Assembly (NCBI GenBank): GCA_905211485.1
Contig: CAJMAW010000001.1
Coordinates: 254-64,253 of the forward strand
Reading direction: 5' to 3'
DNA: 64,000 nt
Source: an uncultured Lentisphaeria bacterium
GTDB lineage: Bacteria > Verrucomicrobiota > Lentisphaeria > Victivallales > UBA1829
Shown here: piece after piece, positions 46,801 to 55,900 of the stretch
How the letters are laid out: every line of letters starts with the position of its first letter
Position numbering within the stretch: position 1 is the stretch's first letter
Position numbers and translations under genes: made by a program
Notes under the pieces: model-generated
Told to the model about the DNA's origin: nothing
What the model saw: the letters and a program-made list of their open reading frames with translations, nothing else
The model's database searches: none

Positions 46801-47838
46801 TTACAGCCATCCCGGCACGGCATTGAGTCCGTATCTGCGGAGGAAGTCCGCGGCTGTCCTCAAGTCGTTGTCGGAGGGAGGGGTGATTCCCTCCATGAAA
46901 TGCCCGGCGATCCCGAGCGCGGCATATTTGGCCCCTGCCAGCCGATGATAGACAAGAAGCCGGACTCTCCACGGATTCAGACCCCTGAGAAATTCCCCGC
47001 TCTGCCTCAGATCCTTTTCGGAATCGTTGATTCCGGGGATGAGGGGAATGCGGATTTCGATTACGGCTCCTTCACGGGCAAGGAAGAGCAGATTTTCCCG
47101 GATGAGAGCGTTTTCCTGTCCGGTCAGGGCTTCATGGACTTCGGGATCGGGGTGTTTCCAGTCGGCGAGGAAGAGATCCGTATACGGGAGAAGGTCTTCC
47201 AGCGCTCTCCGCGGGGCGAAACAGCTGCTGTCCAGGGCGGTATGGATTCCCTGCGTCCGGCATGCGGAGAAGAATGCCCGGCAGAACTCCGCCTGAAGAA
47301 GCGGTTCGCCTCCGGAAAGAGTCACTCCGCCTCCGGATTCGTCATAAAATTCCCGGTCGCTCAATGCCTCTTCGAGCATTTCGGACACGCTTTTTTCCTT
47401 CCCGTACAGTCGGAGTGCTCCGGAAGGGCATACCTCTTCACATTTCCCGCATGCGGTACAGAGTTTCCGGTGGAATTGGTGGCGGGTAAATGCAGGCGAT
47501 TCCTCATCCCATGCAGACTTCCGTCCTGCGGACCGCTGGGTTTGCCCGAGGAATCTCTGCGTTCCCGGGAGGATCCTATGGGCTCCGGAGGGGCAGACTT
47601 TCTCGCATTCTCCGCAGAGGATGCAGTTCTGTTCATAAAAGGCCATCTGCGCAGTGGGGGAAAAGGTTTCGGGGTTGTGGCACCAGCGGCAGCGGAGAGG
47701 GCAGCCCTTCAGGAAAAACGTGGTCCGGATTCCGGGACCGTCGTGTACGGAAAAGTGGCGGATGTCCGCAAGAACGGCTCTCCTCTCCACCACGGCGGGG
47801 GCGGGGTGAGGGGAGGGACGGCGAAGGGGGAACACCAT
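46801..47838 (-). CDS. Glycyl-radical enzyme activating enzyme (radical SAM, with two auxiliary ferredoxin-type clusters)
   Basis: CPLRCRWCHNPE (CX3CX2C). CILCGECEKVCPSGA and CTACGKCEEVCPSGA. GGVTLSGGEPLL. Start set at ATG 47838, preceded by AAGGAGAAGGAGAAG. The ORF remains open upstream to 48303, so the true start is uncertain. Confidence 0.85.
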   Translation of the reverse strand: MVFPLRRPSPHPAPAVVERRAVLADIRHFSVHDGPGIRTTFFLKGCPLRCRWCHNPETFSPTAQMAFYEQNCILCGECEKVCPSGAHRILPGTQRFLGQTQRSAGRKSAWDEESPAFTRHQFHRKLCTACGKCEEVCPSGALRLYGKEKSVSEMLEEALSDREFYDESGGGVTLSGGEPLLQAEFCRAFFSACRTQGIHTALDSSCFAPRRALEDLLPYTDLFLADWKHPDPEVHEALTGQENALIRENLLFLAREGAVIEIRIPLIPGINDSEKDLRQSGEFLRGLNPWRVRLLVYHRLAGAKYAALGIAGHFMEGITPPSDNDLRTAADFLRRYGLNAVPGWL

Positions 47839-48085
47839 CTTCTCCTTCTCCTTTTCTTTTCCCTTGATTTCCCCTGATTCGTTTTCTTTTTCTTTTTTTC
47901 CGTTTCCGTCTCCATATCCGTTTCCGCGGCTGTTTTCTTTTCCTTCCAGAAAGTCTTTTTTCGCCTCTTTCCCATAGTTTCCGGAAGGGAGGGGGGGAGG
48001 AAGGGAGTCCGGAGGATGAGGAAATTCCCCTCCCGACAGGGGAAGAGAAACGGACGGCGAATCCGTGCAGGACGCTTCCTTTGAT

Positions 48086-50365
48086 TCATTCCCGGATTCT
48101 TGAGGCTCGTTCAATGTAGGCATCCTGCTCCTTTCGCGAGAGATCATTCCAGCGGACGTTCCAGCCGCAGACGCGGACCTGGAGCGATTCATATTTTTCC
48201 GGGTGTTTCTGTGCATCCAAAAGTGTTTCCTGATCGAAGAGGTTGAAATGAAGAGCAATCCCGTTTCTCTTTCTGTAGATTTCAAGGAGTGAGAAAAGAA
48301 CATTCAGTCCATCTTCTCCGGAGACTGTGGCGGGATGCATCATGACATCGAGGGAAAAGTCCCCCGGGAAACGGGAGGAATCGATTTCCGTCACGGATCG
48401 CAGCAGTGCGGCGGTTCCGTTGACGTCTGTCCCCATGACGGGAGAAAGGTTTTTGGAGAGTTCCTCCCCTTTCTTTCTCCCGTCCGGCGTGGCGGAAGTT
48501 TTTTCTCCGAGTGTGATGAACGATCTTGCCGCATGCCCGCTCGCCATCCAGAATCCGCCCCGGCTGTTGGGGCGCAGATTGATTTTGGAACTGAGAAAAT
48601 TTGCCAGCATTTCGGCAAGAAAATCACTTTCCTTGTCTCCGTTTCCGTACTTTGCCGAGTCGTGCCGGATCCGGAGGCGAAGCGCTTCGCGGCCCTCCCA
48701 GTTGCTCCGGAGCGTTTCCGCCATTTCGGAGAGAGAGAGAACTTTTTCCCTGAAAACGAATTTCCGGATCGCCGACAGGGAATCGACCGCGCTTGCGAAA
48801 CCGGAATAAAGCATGAGAGTGTTGTTGTAGAGACAGCCGGTGGAAAAGGCGTCGCGCGCCGTTTCGAGACTGTGTTTGATCGCGGCGCAGAGCACTGCCC
48901 CGGGATTGATCGCCGAAAGATGTTTTTCAAATTCGTTGACCTGTCCGACGGTAATTTCAATCATTTCATTCACGAAATGCAGGTAATTCCGGTAAAAAGA
49001 ATCGAAGTCGCCGATATTTCCGATCTCATCACCCCGGATTCCCGAGTCAATTCCCGTCATCGGATCCCTTCCGTTGTTCAGCAGAAGTTCGATTCCTTTG
49101 GGCAGGTTCAGATAGCAGGGCGCTGTGGCGTTGGAGGCGCCGGCAGCGCCGAATTCATAGCAGCCGCAGACATGGCAGGTACGCGCTTCCTCTTCCGTAT
49201 GCCCGCAGGACATCATCGCGCGTTTGATCCCGTCCTCCGAGACAAAAACCAGACTGCTGTTTCCATGCCGGATCATCTCGAATGCCTTCAGAAGAAAGTC
49301 GCGCGGCGTCCGGGCGGAATATTTCAGCTGGATCTTCGGCGAAGTGATTGAAAGGGAATCGAAGACGTCCAGAATCAGAAAGGAGAGTTCGTTGATTACG
49401 CTTGAAGAGTCTTTCTCCGTTCCCCCCAGATAGAAGGGGTGTCCCCAATAATTATTGATGGAGGCGAACTGAAGCATGAAGCAGCCCAGAAGTCTCCGGA
49501 TCTCCTCTTCCGTGAAGGTTCCGGAACTCAGGTCCCGTTTATAATACGGATATAGAATGCGGTCCAGATTCCCCAGCGAACGCACCTGCATGTGATCGAC
49601 ATGTTCGCCAAAAAGAAAATAAAGAAAGATGAGCAGGAGCGCCTCGTACAGATTTCCCGGTGCGGCGCAGGAAAGGTGACGCAGTGCGGTGGCGAGCCTG
49701 GAGATTCTGCTGCTGCTTTTGTTCCCGTCCGCTTTTCCTCCTCCTCCGCGGCTGGAGAGGTCTTGCTCCTGCCCCGCCCTTTTTTCCGCATAGCGGGCGA
49801 AGCGCAGGAGAGTTTCGAGAATGGCGCTGCAAGTAATTTCGACTGATTCAAAATAGATCTCGGATTCCGGAGTGTTTTTGTTTTCCAGACTCCTTTGGGC
49901 ACGGTATTTCTTTGCCCGTTCGAGCAGGCCTTTGAATCCCAGGCTGAGAATGTCGTCCCAGTCCGGCACGGAGTGATCGAAGTCTTTCCATACGGCATAG
50001 ATTCCGGCGCGGTTGAATTCCGCGATCCTGGAGCTCGTTTCCGGGAGGAGGCGTTCATTGACTTCCGTCTCCCAGCGCCGGAGCAGGGGTGCCGCGGGGC
50101 GTCTGTCCCGGTTCCAGCATCCGAATGCGGGAAAGGGATCCGCCGCGTGGACGCCCGTCTGCATGTTGCGGCAGAGATATTCAAAGACTCTGGCCTTGAG
50201 CAGAGGGTGGGGAAGTTCCTTCAGGGAATCGGCGAGAAGGAGAACATCGTTGCGGAGAGTTTCGTTGTCCCTGCCTGTTTCCGGGTCGAGAAAGCATTCC
50301 GGATTGCGGAACTTGGAAAGCAGGATCTTTTTTTCCTCCGGAGAAATGGGAAATTCGTTCTGCAT
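48086..50365 (-). CDS. Glycyl-radical enzyme, PFL2/eliminase-like, substrate unknown
   Basis: The C-terminal motif LQVRVCGWNVRWNDLSRKEQDAYIERA has the RVxG glycyl-radical pattern. The candidate thiyl loop HVCGCYEFG fits G-C-x-E. 759 aa. Confidence 0.85.
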   Translation of the reverse strand: MQNEFPISPEEKKILLSKFRNPECFLDPETGRDNETLRNDVLLLADSLKELPHPLLKARVFEYLCRNMQTGVHAADPFPAFGCWNRDRRPAAPLLRRWETEVNERLLPETSSRIAEFNRAGIYAVWKDFDHSVPDWDDILSLGFKGLLERAKKYRAQRSLENKNTPESEIYFESVEITCSAILETLLRFARYAEKRAGQEQDLSSRGGGGKADGNKSSSRISRLATALRHLSCAAPGNLYEALLLIFLYFLFGEHVDHMQVRSLGNLDRILYPYYKRDLSSGTFTEEEIRRLLGCFMLQFASINNYWGHPFYLGGTEKDSSSVINELSFLILDVFDSLSITSPKIQLKYSARTPRDFLLKAFEMIRHGNSSLVFVSEDGIKRAMMSCGHTEEEARTCHVCGCYEFGAAGASNATAPCYLNLPKGIELLLNNGRDPMTGIDSGIRGDEIGNIGDFDSFYRNYLHFVNEMIEITVGQVNEFEKHLSAINPGAVLCAAIKHSLETARDAFSTGCLYNNTLMLYSGFASAVDSLSAIRKFVFREKVLSLSEMAETLRSNWEGREALRLRIRHDSAKYGNGDKESDFLAEMLANFLSSKINLRPNSRGGFWMASGHAARSFITLGEKTSATPDGRKKGEELSKNLSPVMGTDVNGTAALLRSVTEIDSSRFPGDFSLDVMMHPATVSGEDGLNVLFSLLEIYRKRNGIALHFNLFDQETLLDAQKHPEKYESLQVRVCGWNVRWNDLSRKEQDAYIERASRIRE

Positions 50366-50551
50366 GGGATGATGATCTGTCCTCTTTTTTTCTGCCGTGT
50401 GTGATGGCGTCCTCTGAATGCCGTTCGTTATGGAAAGTATAGGCTCTCCGGAAAAAATGGAATGTGAAAAAAAGGAGATTTCTTATCTGTTTGTGACTTT
50501 CAGAGGGAAATCCGCTTCAGATCTTCCCCTGGGCAGGAAGCGGGAAGGCGG

Positions 50552-50602
50552 AAAAGAAAAAAAAGAGGCATGGCCGCCCGGAAGAAGAGAGGCGGCCATG
50601 CC
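50552..50602 (-). terminator. Rho-independent terminator
   Basis: Minus strand reads GGCATGGCCGCC-12 nt-GGCGGCCATGCC, a perfect 12-bp stem, followed by TCTTTTTTTTCTTTTC. It lies 44 nt downstream of the 50646 stop. Confidence 0.7.
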
Positions 50603-50645
50603 GGCGGATGCGTTGCACATCCGCACAGGGAGGGAAGAAAGAGAC

Positions 50646-51335
50646 TTATTTGAAGTTGCCGTGTGCGTCGAATGTCAGTTTTCCGTCATTGACGTACACG
50701 CCGCATGCTTCCTGATAGTATTTTTCTGGATCGTCGGACAAACTGTTCTGGGAGATGTTTCCCTTTCTGCGCACTGCGACTTTGACCACTCCTTTTTCCC
50801 AGAGCTCTTTGTCCGGCAGACTGTCAATCATGACAATCTGCTGCCCCTTCTTGAGGAGCTTTGCCGTTTTGGTATCAATTCCGAAAACGGAGAAGAGCAC
50901 GTCCGCCGACTCGACTGCAGGCGACTCCTTGGAGGCTTTCCCGACTGCGGAAAACATTCTTTCCTCCGGACTGAGCGGCTCCTGTTCAAAGAGAGCGATG
51001 TATTCGGTATTGCTGCACCCGAAATTCTTGATCGCCTCATTCATTTTTCCGACTCTCTCCGCATCACCCCAGCCCAGAACCACCGCCTGCTTTGCATTCG
51101 GGAAGTGATCCTTCATGACCCGGGCAATGACATAGGCCTGACCGTCAAACAAAATATTCGCCGTCCGGTCGGAAAGACGTGAGGAGACCGTATAATGCGT
51201 CACCGCATAGTAGACGAGACCTCCGCACATCAGCACCACCAGCACAATGCCCAGCTGATGCTTCTGTGTCTTCTTCAGGAAATAAACCCCTGCAATACCG
51301 CAGAGAATTGCAATTGCAAGTATCACATTTTCCAT
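50646..51335 (-). CDS. Hypothetical membrane-anchored protein (two N-terminal TM segments)
   Basis: 229-aa ORF. ILAIAILCGIAGVYFL and LGIVLVVLMCGGLVYYAV are followed by a soluble alpha/beta-looking domain. 43 bp downstream of the DUF1559 gene. Confidence 0.7.
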   Translation of the reverse strand: MENVILAIAILCGIAGVYFLKKTQKHQLGIVLVVLMCGGLVYYAVTHYTVSSRLSDRTANILFDGQAYVIARVMKDHFPNAKQAVVLGWGDAERVGKMNEAIKNFGCSNTEYIALFEQEPLSPEERMFSAVGKASKESPAVESADVLFSVFGIDTKTAKLLKKGQQIVMIDSLPDKELWEKGVVKVAVRRKGNISQNSLSDDPEKYYQEACGVYVNDGKLTFDAHGNFK

Positions 51336-51378
51336 AAATCTACCTCATTTGCTTTAAAATCATTCCAATGAAATGAGA

Positions 51379-52206
51379 TCAGCCTGCGGACTGAGTGTAG
51401 CAAACCGAACAGCCCGTGTCTTCTTCGGTCGCATGTCCAAGTGTATCGGAGAGTGCGGGGACTTCGATGAGGCGGTCATAGAAGGCGCCTCTGGCTGTCG
51501 CAGTATAAGTTTCCATTCCGCCGTCGGCATTGACCAAGTTCAGATAGCTGCCGCCGTCCATGTTGTTGCAGAAGCCGACGATGGGTTCGTCGAAGCCCGA
51601 CATTTCATTCATCACAGGATTCACGCCGTGACGGAATTCCACATGTTTGAAACCGCTGGTCGTTCCCAGTCCCATGCTCGATCCTTCGCTCATGAACACT
51701 CCGCCCGGATTCTTTTCATAGTTCCTGGAATCCGATCCCAGATAATGCGGATTGATCCCGTAGGAAGCTCCGTATCCGTTCACAGCAACGGTCTTGAGGG
51801 GCTTCAGATCATACGCCGTATCCGGTCCCATTGGAATGCTTGGACACCACCACTGTTTCACATAAGGCCCGTCTCCGCCGTACCCTGTATTGAGAGACTG
51901 AGAGGCAGCCTGAGCATATCCGAGTTTCTCCAGAACAGCCCAGGTCATATAACGGTTGGCTCCATCCGAAGCGAAATCCACCTGGACGCCTCTCGGAGGC
52001 ATGAACTGATTGTCCGCATAATAAATCGCGAACATGGTAAAGTTCTGTTTCATGTTGGAAACGCAGTTGATGGCCTGTGCCTTCGCACGTGCCGCCGCCA
52101 GCGCTGGCATCAGCATCCCCGCCAAAATGGCGATGATCGCTATGACGACAAGTAGTTCAATCAGTGTGAAACTTTGACTTCTGAAAAGACCGTGATTCTT
52201 TTTCAT
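51379..52206 (-). CDS. Prepilin-type N-terminal cleavage/methylation domain protein (DUF1559-like)
   Basis: [42 protein letters not shown]. Confidence 0.88.
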   Translation of the reverse strand: MKKNHGLFRSQSFTLIELLVVIAIIAILAGMLMPALAAARAKAQAINCVSNMKQNFTMFAIYYADNQFMPPRGVQVDFASDGANRYMTWAVLEKLGYAQAASQSLNTGYGGDGPYVKQWWCPSIPMGPDTAYDLKPLKTVAVNGYGASYGINPHYLGSDSRNYEKNPGGVFMSEGSSMGLGTTSGFKHVEFRHGVNPVMNEMSGFDEPIVGFCNNMDGGSYLNLVNADGGMETYTATARGAFYDRLIEVPALSDTLGHATEEDTGCSVCYTQSAG

Positions 52207-52810
52207 TTGTTTTCTCCCGATTGTTTTTCCCCCGCACGAATGAGACCAGTCCGTGCCTCAGGTTTTGACGACATTCAAAAAGACCTGCTGTAAAAAAACT
52301 TTAAATCAATAGCCGAGATTCTTCCTTCCCGATCTTCCGCACCTCCTTCCCTGATGAATATACGCATCCGATAAAAAAATCGGTTCTGCCGTTTCTTCCT
52401 TTTTCTTGTCTTTGCCAAGCATGATTCCTGTGGCGGGAATGAATGCTGTCCTCTTTTTCAGTCGTGTCCAGCCGTGTCGTTCTTTTCATCCATGCCGCAC
52501 CCTGTTATTGTTAATTATACAAAGAAATAAAGAATCTGTCAATGACTTTTTTCTTAATTGTGAGAAAAATATTTTAAAATTTTTCTCTTTTTTGATTGTT
52601 TTTCGGGGGTTTTTTATTGAAGCAGGCAGAAACAATGATTTTTTATAATTCTTTTTTCTCTTTCTCGTGAATCAAAAGTGAGAAAGGGCTCCTGGAGGGA
52701 AGGCCGGATGCCGGGGTGCGGGAAGAAAAAGAAAGAGATTCCCGGAAAAGGGATTGTGACAGAATCGTCATGAATTCAAACTGGAGAATGAGTACAGGAG
52801 AAATGGAAAG

Positions 52811-52845
52811 AAAAAAAGCCGGGAACGAGATTTCCCGTTCCCGGC
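52811..52845 (-). terminator. Rho-independent terminator
   Basis: Minus strand reads GCCGGGAACG-8 nt-CGTTCCCGGC, a perfect 10-bp stem, followed by TTTTTTT. It lies ~110 nt downstream of the 52958 stop, after a second GC-rich hairpin (52888..52926). Confidence 0.7.
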
Positions 52846-52957
52846 CTGCAGTATTTCCGATGTTTTTCCCCCTTCTCATTTTGTATGCCGCCGCCCCCTG
52901 TGGTGAGTGTTCAGGGCGGCGGCTTGCAGAGAGAACGGGGAGGAAAAAACGACAGGA

Positions 52958-55900
52958 TTATTTGTCTTCCTCCTTGTCGTAAACGGCGCTGTAGTCCTTG
53001 ACGCGGACCGAGGGCTCGGACTTCTTGAAATCCAGCAGATCGAGTTTGTTTCTGTTGACTTCGATTCCGATGCCGCGGAGTTTGATCGGCATGTCGATCT
53101 TCTTGTTTCCGCCTTCGGAGACCCACTGCTCGGAGACTGGTCCGGGGCTGTGGTCGTTGAAGAGATCGGTATCGCGGAGAGGATGCGCCACGAAGTTCCA
53201 TCCGTCGAAGTTGACGGAGAGATTTCCTGGCCAGTCAAGGATGTCGCATCCCCATCCGGAGGTGCTGAGAGTCTTCCAGACTTCGCCTTCCGCATCTTCG
53301 ATTTCAAAGAGGATCCGTCCCCAGCTGGAGTTTCCTTTCACCCAGACTCCGACCGCGGCGGGATTGCCTTCGACGGGAACGGGTTCCTTGAACATCAGGT
53401 GGGTGTATTCCGAGATGTATTTCCCGGTGTCCTTGTTTTTGGAGAGGTCCAGAGTCGCCTCGATGCAGTCTCCTTTTTCCTCGTCCTTGACCGCCTTCAC
53501 GATGAAATCGGAGGGTTTGGTGATCGGGAGGAATTTGGTGTGCGTGCTTTCATAGCTCTTGTCCGGAGCGGCGGTGATGCCGTCGAGCGAGCTGAGGGGG
53601 GCGACGACTTTGGATTTTGCGGCGCGAGCCTCGTCCTTCGGGAACGCTCTGTCAAGAATCGAGACCGATTTCACTCCCTTGTCCGAGAGCAGATAGACCG
53701 GAGACGTTCCCGCATCCACGGTGATCTCATTTCCGGACTTCCTGCTTTCCGCCCCATACATCGTGAATTCCCTGACGGACGCTTTCCCGTTGAATTCAAC
53801 CTTGAATTTCACCGTCCCGCGGGAAGCCCAGAGCGCGATGGCCTTCTGGCCGTCTGCGCGATTGAATTCCAGAGCATAGACCGTGGTGGATCCGGTCGGG
53901 ATCTGACGGTTGAATTTGACGCGGTCAAACACATTGGTCAGCGCCGCATACGCTACATACGCGCGTTTCGGATACACATACGGCCCGCGGGTGATGATTC
54001 CGCTTCCGCCCCAGAGTCCGTTGTAGTATCCGCTGGAACAGTCGAAGAAGATCCCGGGGCTGATCAGGAAGAAATCATTGGCCAGGGAGATCAGCACGTC
54101 GCGCATATACCATTCCGCCTGCTGCTGTTCCCCCATGTCGCGTTCGCAGCGGTAGGTGAATTCCCAGGATCCGTTCGCGGGGATTTTCCGCTTGCCGAGC
54201 TTTTCGGCAATGTCCTTGGAAATCATCATGCCCTGGAAACCGACTTCCTGCAGCTTTTCCGGGACAATGACCTGCGAAGGCGTTTCGATCCCGATGTAGT
54301 CATAGTACTGCGGATCGGCTCCTCCGCGCAGCGGGAGTGTGGTAGCTCCGATGGAAGCGCTGCTGTTCCCGATCTGGATTTTCAGTTTCGGGAAATGCTT
54401 CCGGATGATTTTGCCGGCGGCGTTGATGTACTTTCCGAGGTTTTCCGCACGCTCTTTGAGCGCCGGATCGGAAGGCACGTCCATGTTGAGCATTTCTTCC
54501 GGAATACCGTAGCCGGGAGCGGTTTCATGCCAGATGAGGATGTGATCGGATTTCGGGCGTTTGTCCAGATTTTCCTGAATCGTCATCCTGGCATATTCCT
54601 CGCCGGAGACGGTGATCCTCTTTTTCGGATCCTTCGGATCGCGGATCTGTTTTTCCTTGAACTCGCCCGTTGCGGGGTCGAGATCTCTGATTCCGAGGGG
54701 GAACATCAGATTCAGCGTGGTGGTGACGTTGAAACGGTCCATTTCCTCCTGGGAAAGTTTCGCAGTTGCCCAGCTGGCCTTGCGGATTCCGGCTTTCTGG
54801 AACAGGGGACCGGCGACTTCAAAATCGCCGAGACTGCCGTGTGCGTCGAACCACCATGTCGCAAAGGGGGAGGTGTATTTATCCGCTTTGCGTTCGTCTT
54901 TCGCAAGAATGGCGAAGCGCGCCGGATGTGTCAGAATCACGTTGCCTTTTTCATCGGCAAGAGTCATGTTCAGGTCGAAGTACCCGACTTTGTCTTTCGG
55001 AAGGGAGATTTTGAGGGTTTTCTCCTCTCCGGCTTTGGCGAACTGCCAGTCAGCGGAAGAGCCCGCGACTTTTTTCACGTCAGCGTCAAACGCTTCCCAG
55101 ACCAGTTTCCCTTTGGCCGGACGCAGAGACTTCAGCACTACCGATGTCTCCGGATTTTCCGCCTGGGTGAAGACGTTCCCCGGCTGTTTCTGCTCGATAT
55201 CCATCAGAATCGGCGCCTGCTCCAGCGTGATTCCGAAGATCTGCACCGCACTTGTGGAATACGGCGTGGGTTTCCCCGTGCGGTCGATCTGTTCAAAGTT
55301 CTCCCACGGTTTCCCGAAGAAGTCCAGGTTGAGATGCTTTTGTCTTGCGGGAAGATCCAGCACGCTTCCCGTCCCGAGTTCAATCTCGGCAAGATAGAGC
55401 GGTGTTTCCACGCCTTTGATCTTCACGCTTCCGACCTGTTTCATGTTGGCGGGCAGGGCTTCTCCCTTGCGCGGGAAGACGGTGTGCGTATCGGCCATCA
55501 TGTTCTGGCCGCTTCCATTCGGGTAGATGTAGTATCCGATGCGAGTCGTCAGGAACGGATCCTTTGCGGGGTCGGGATCCACGGCGCAGAGGATCCAGGC
55601 CTTGGTATAGTCAGCCGGAGGAAGCAGGTAATGCACTTCGCTCAGGAGTCCGTCGAAGGGCGAACGTCCCAGATATTCCTCGACTTCCAGCGCCCATTCC
55701 CCCATTCCCTGGCGTGCAATGCCGACATCGGAGGAATGTTCCGGGGATGCCACGAACATCGGAATCCCGTTTATATTCGAAAAACCCTCTTTCAGACTGC
55801 TTTGCGCATCAACGAATGCCTTGGCTTTCGGCCGGGCGGTGATGTCAAGCGGATAGTATTTCGGATCGGCTTTCAGGGCCGGGGAATCCGAACGGGCGTC

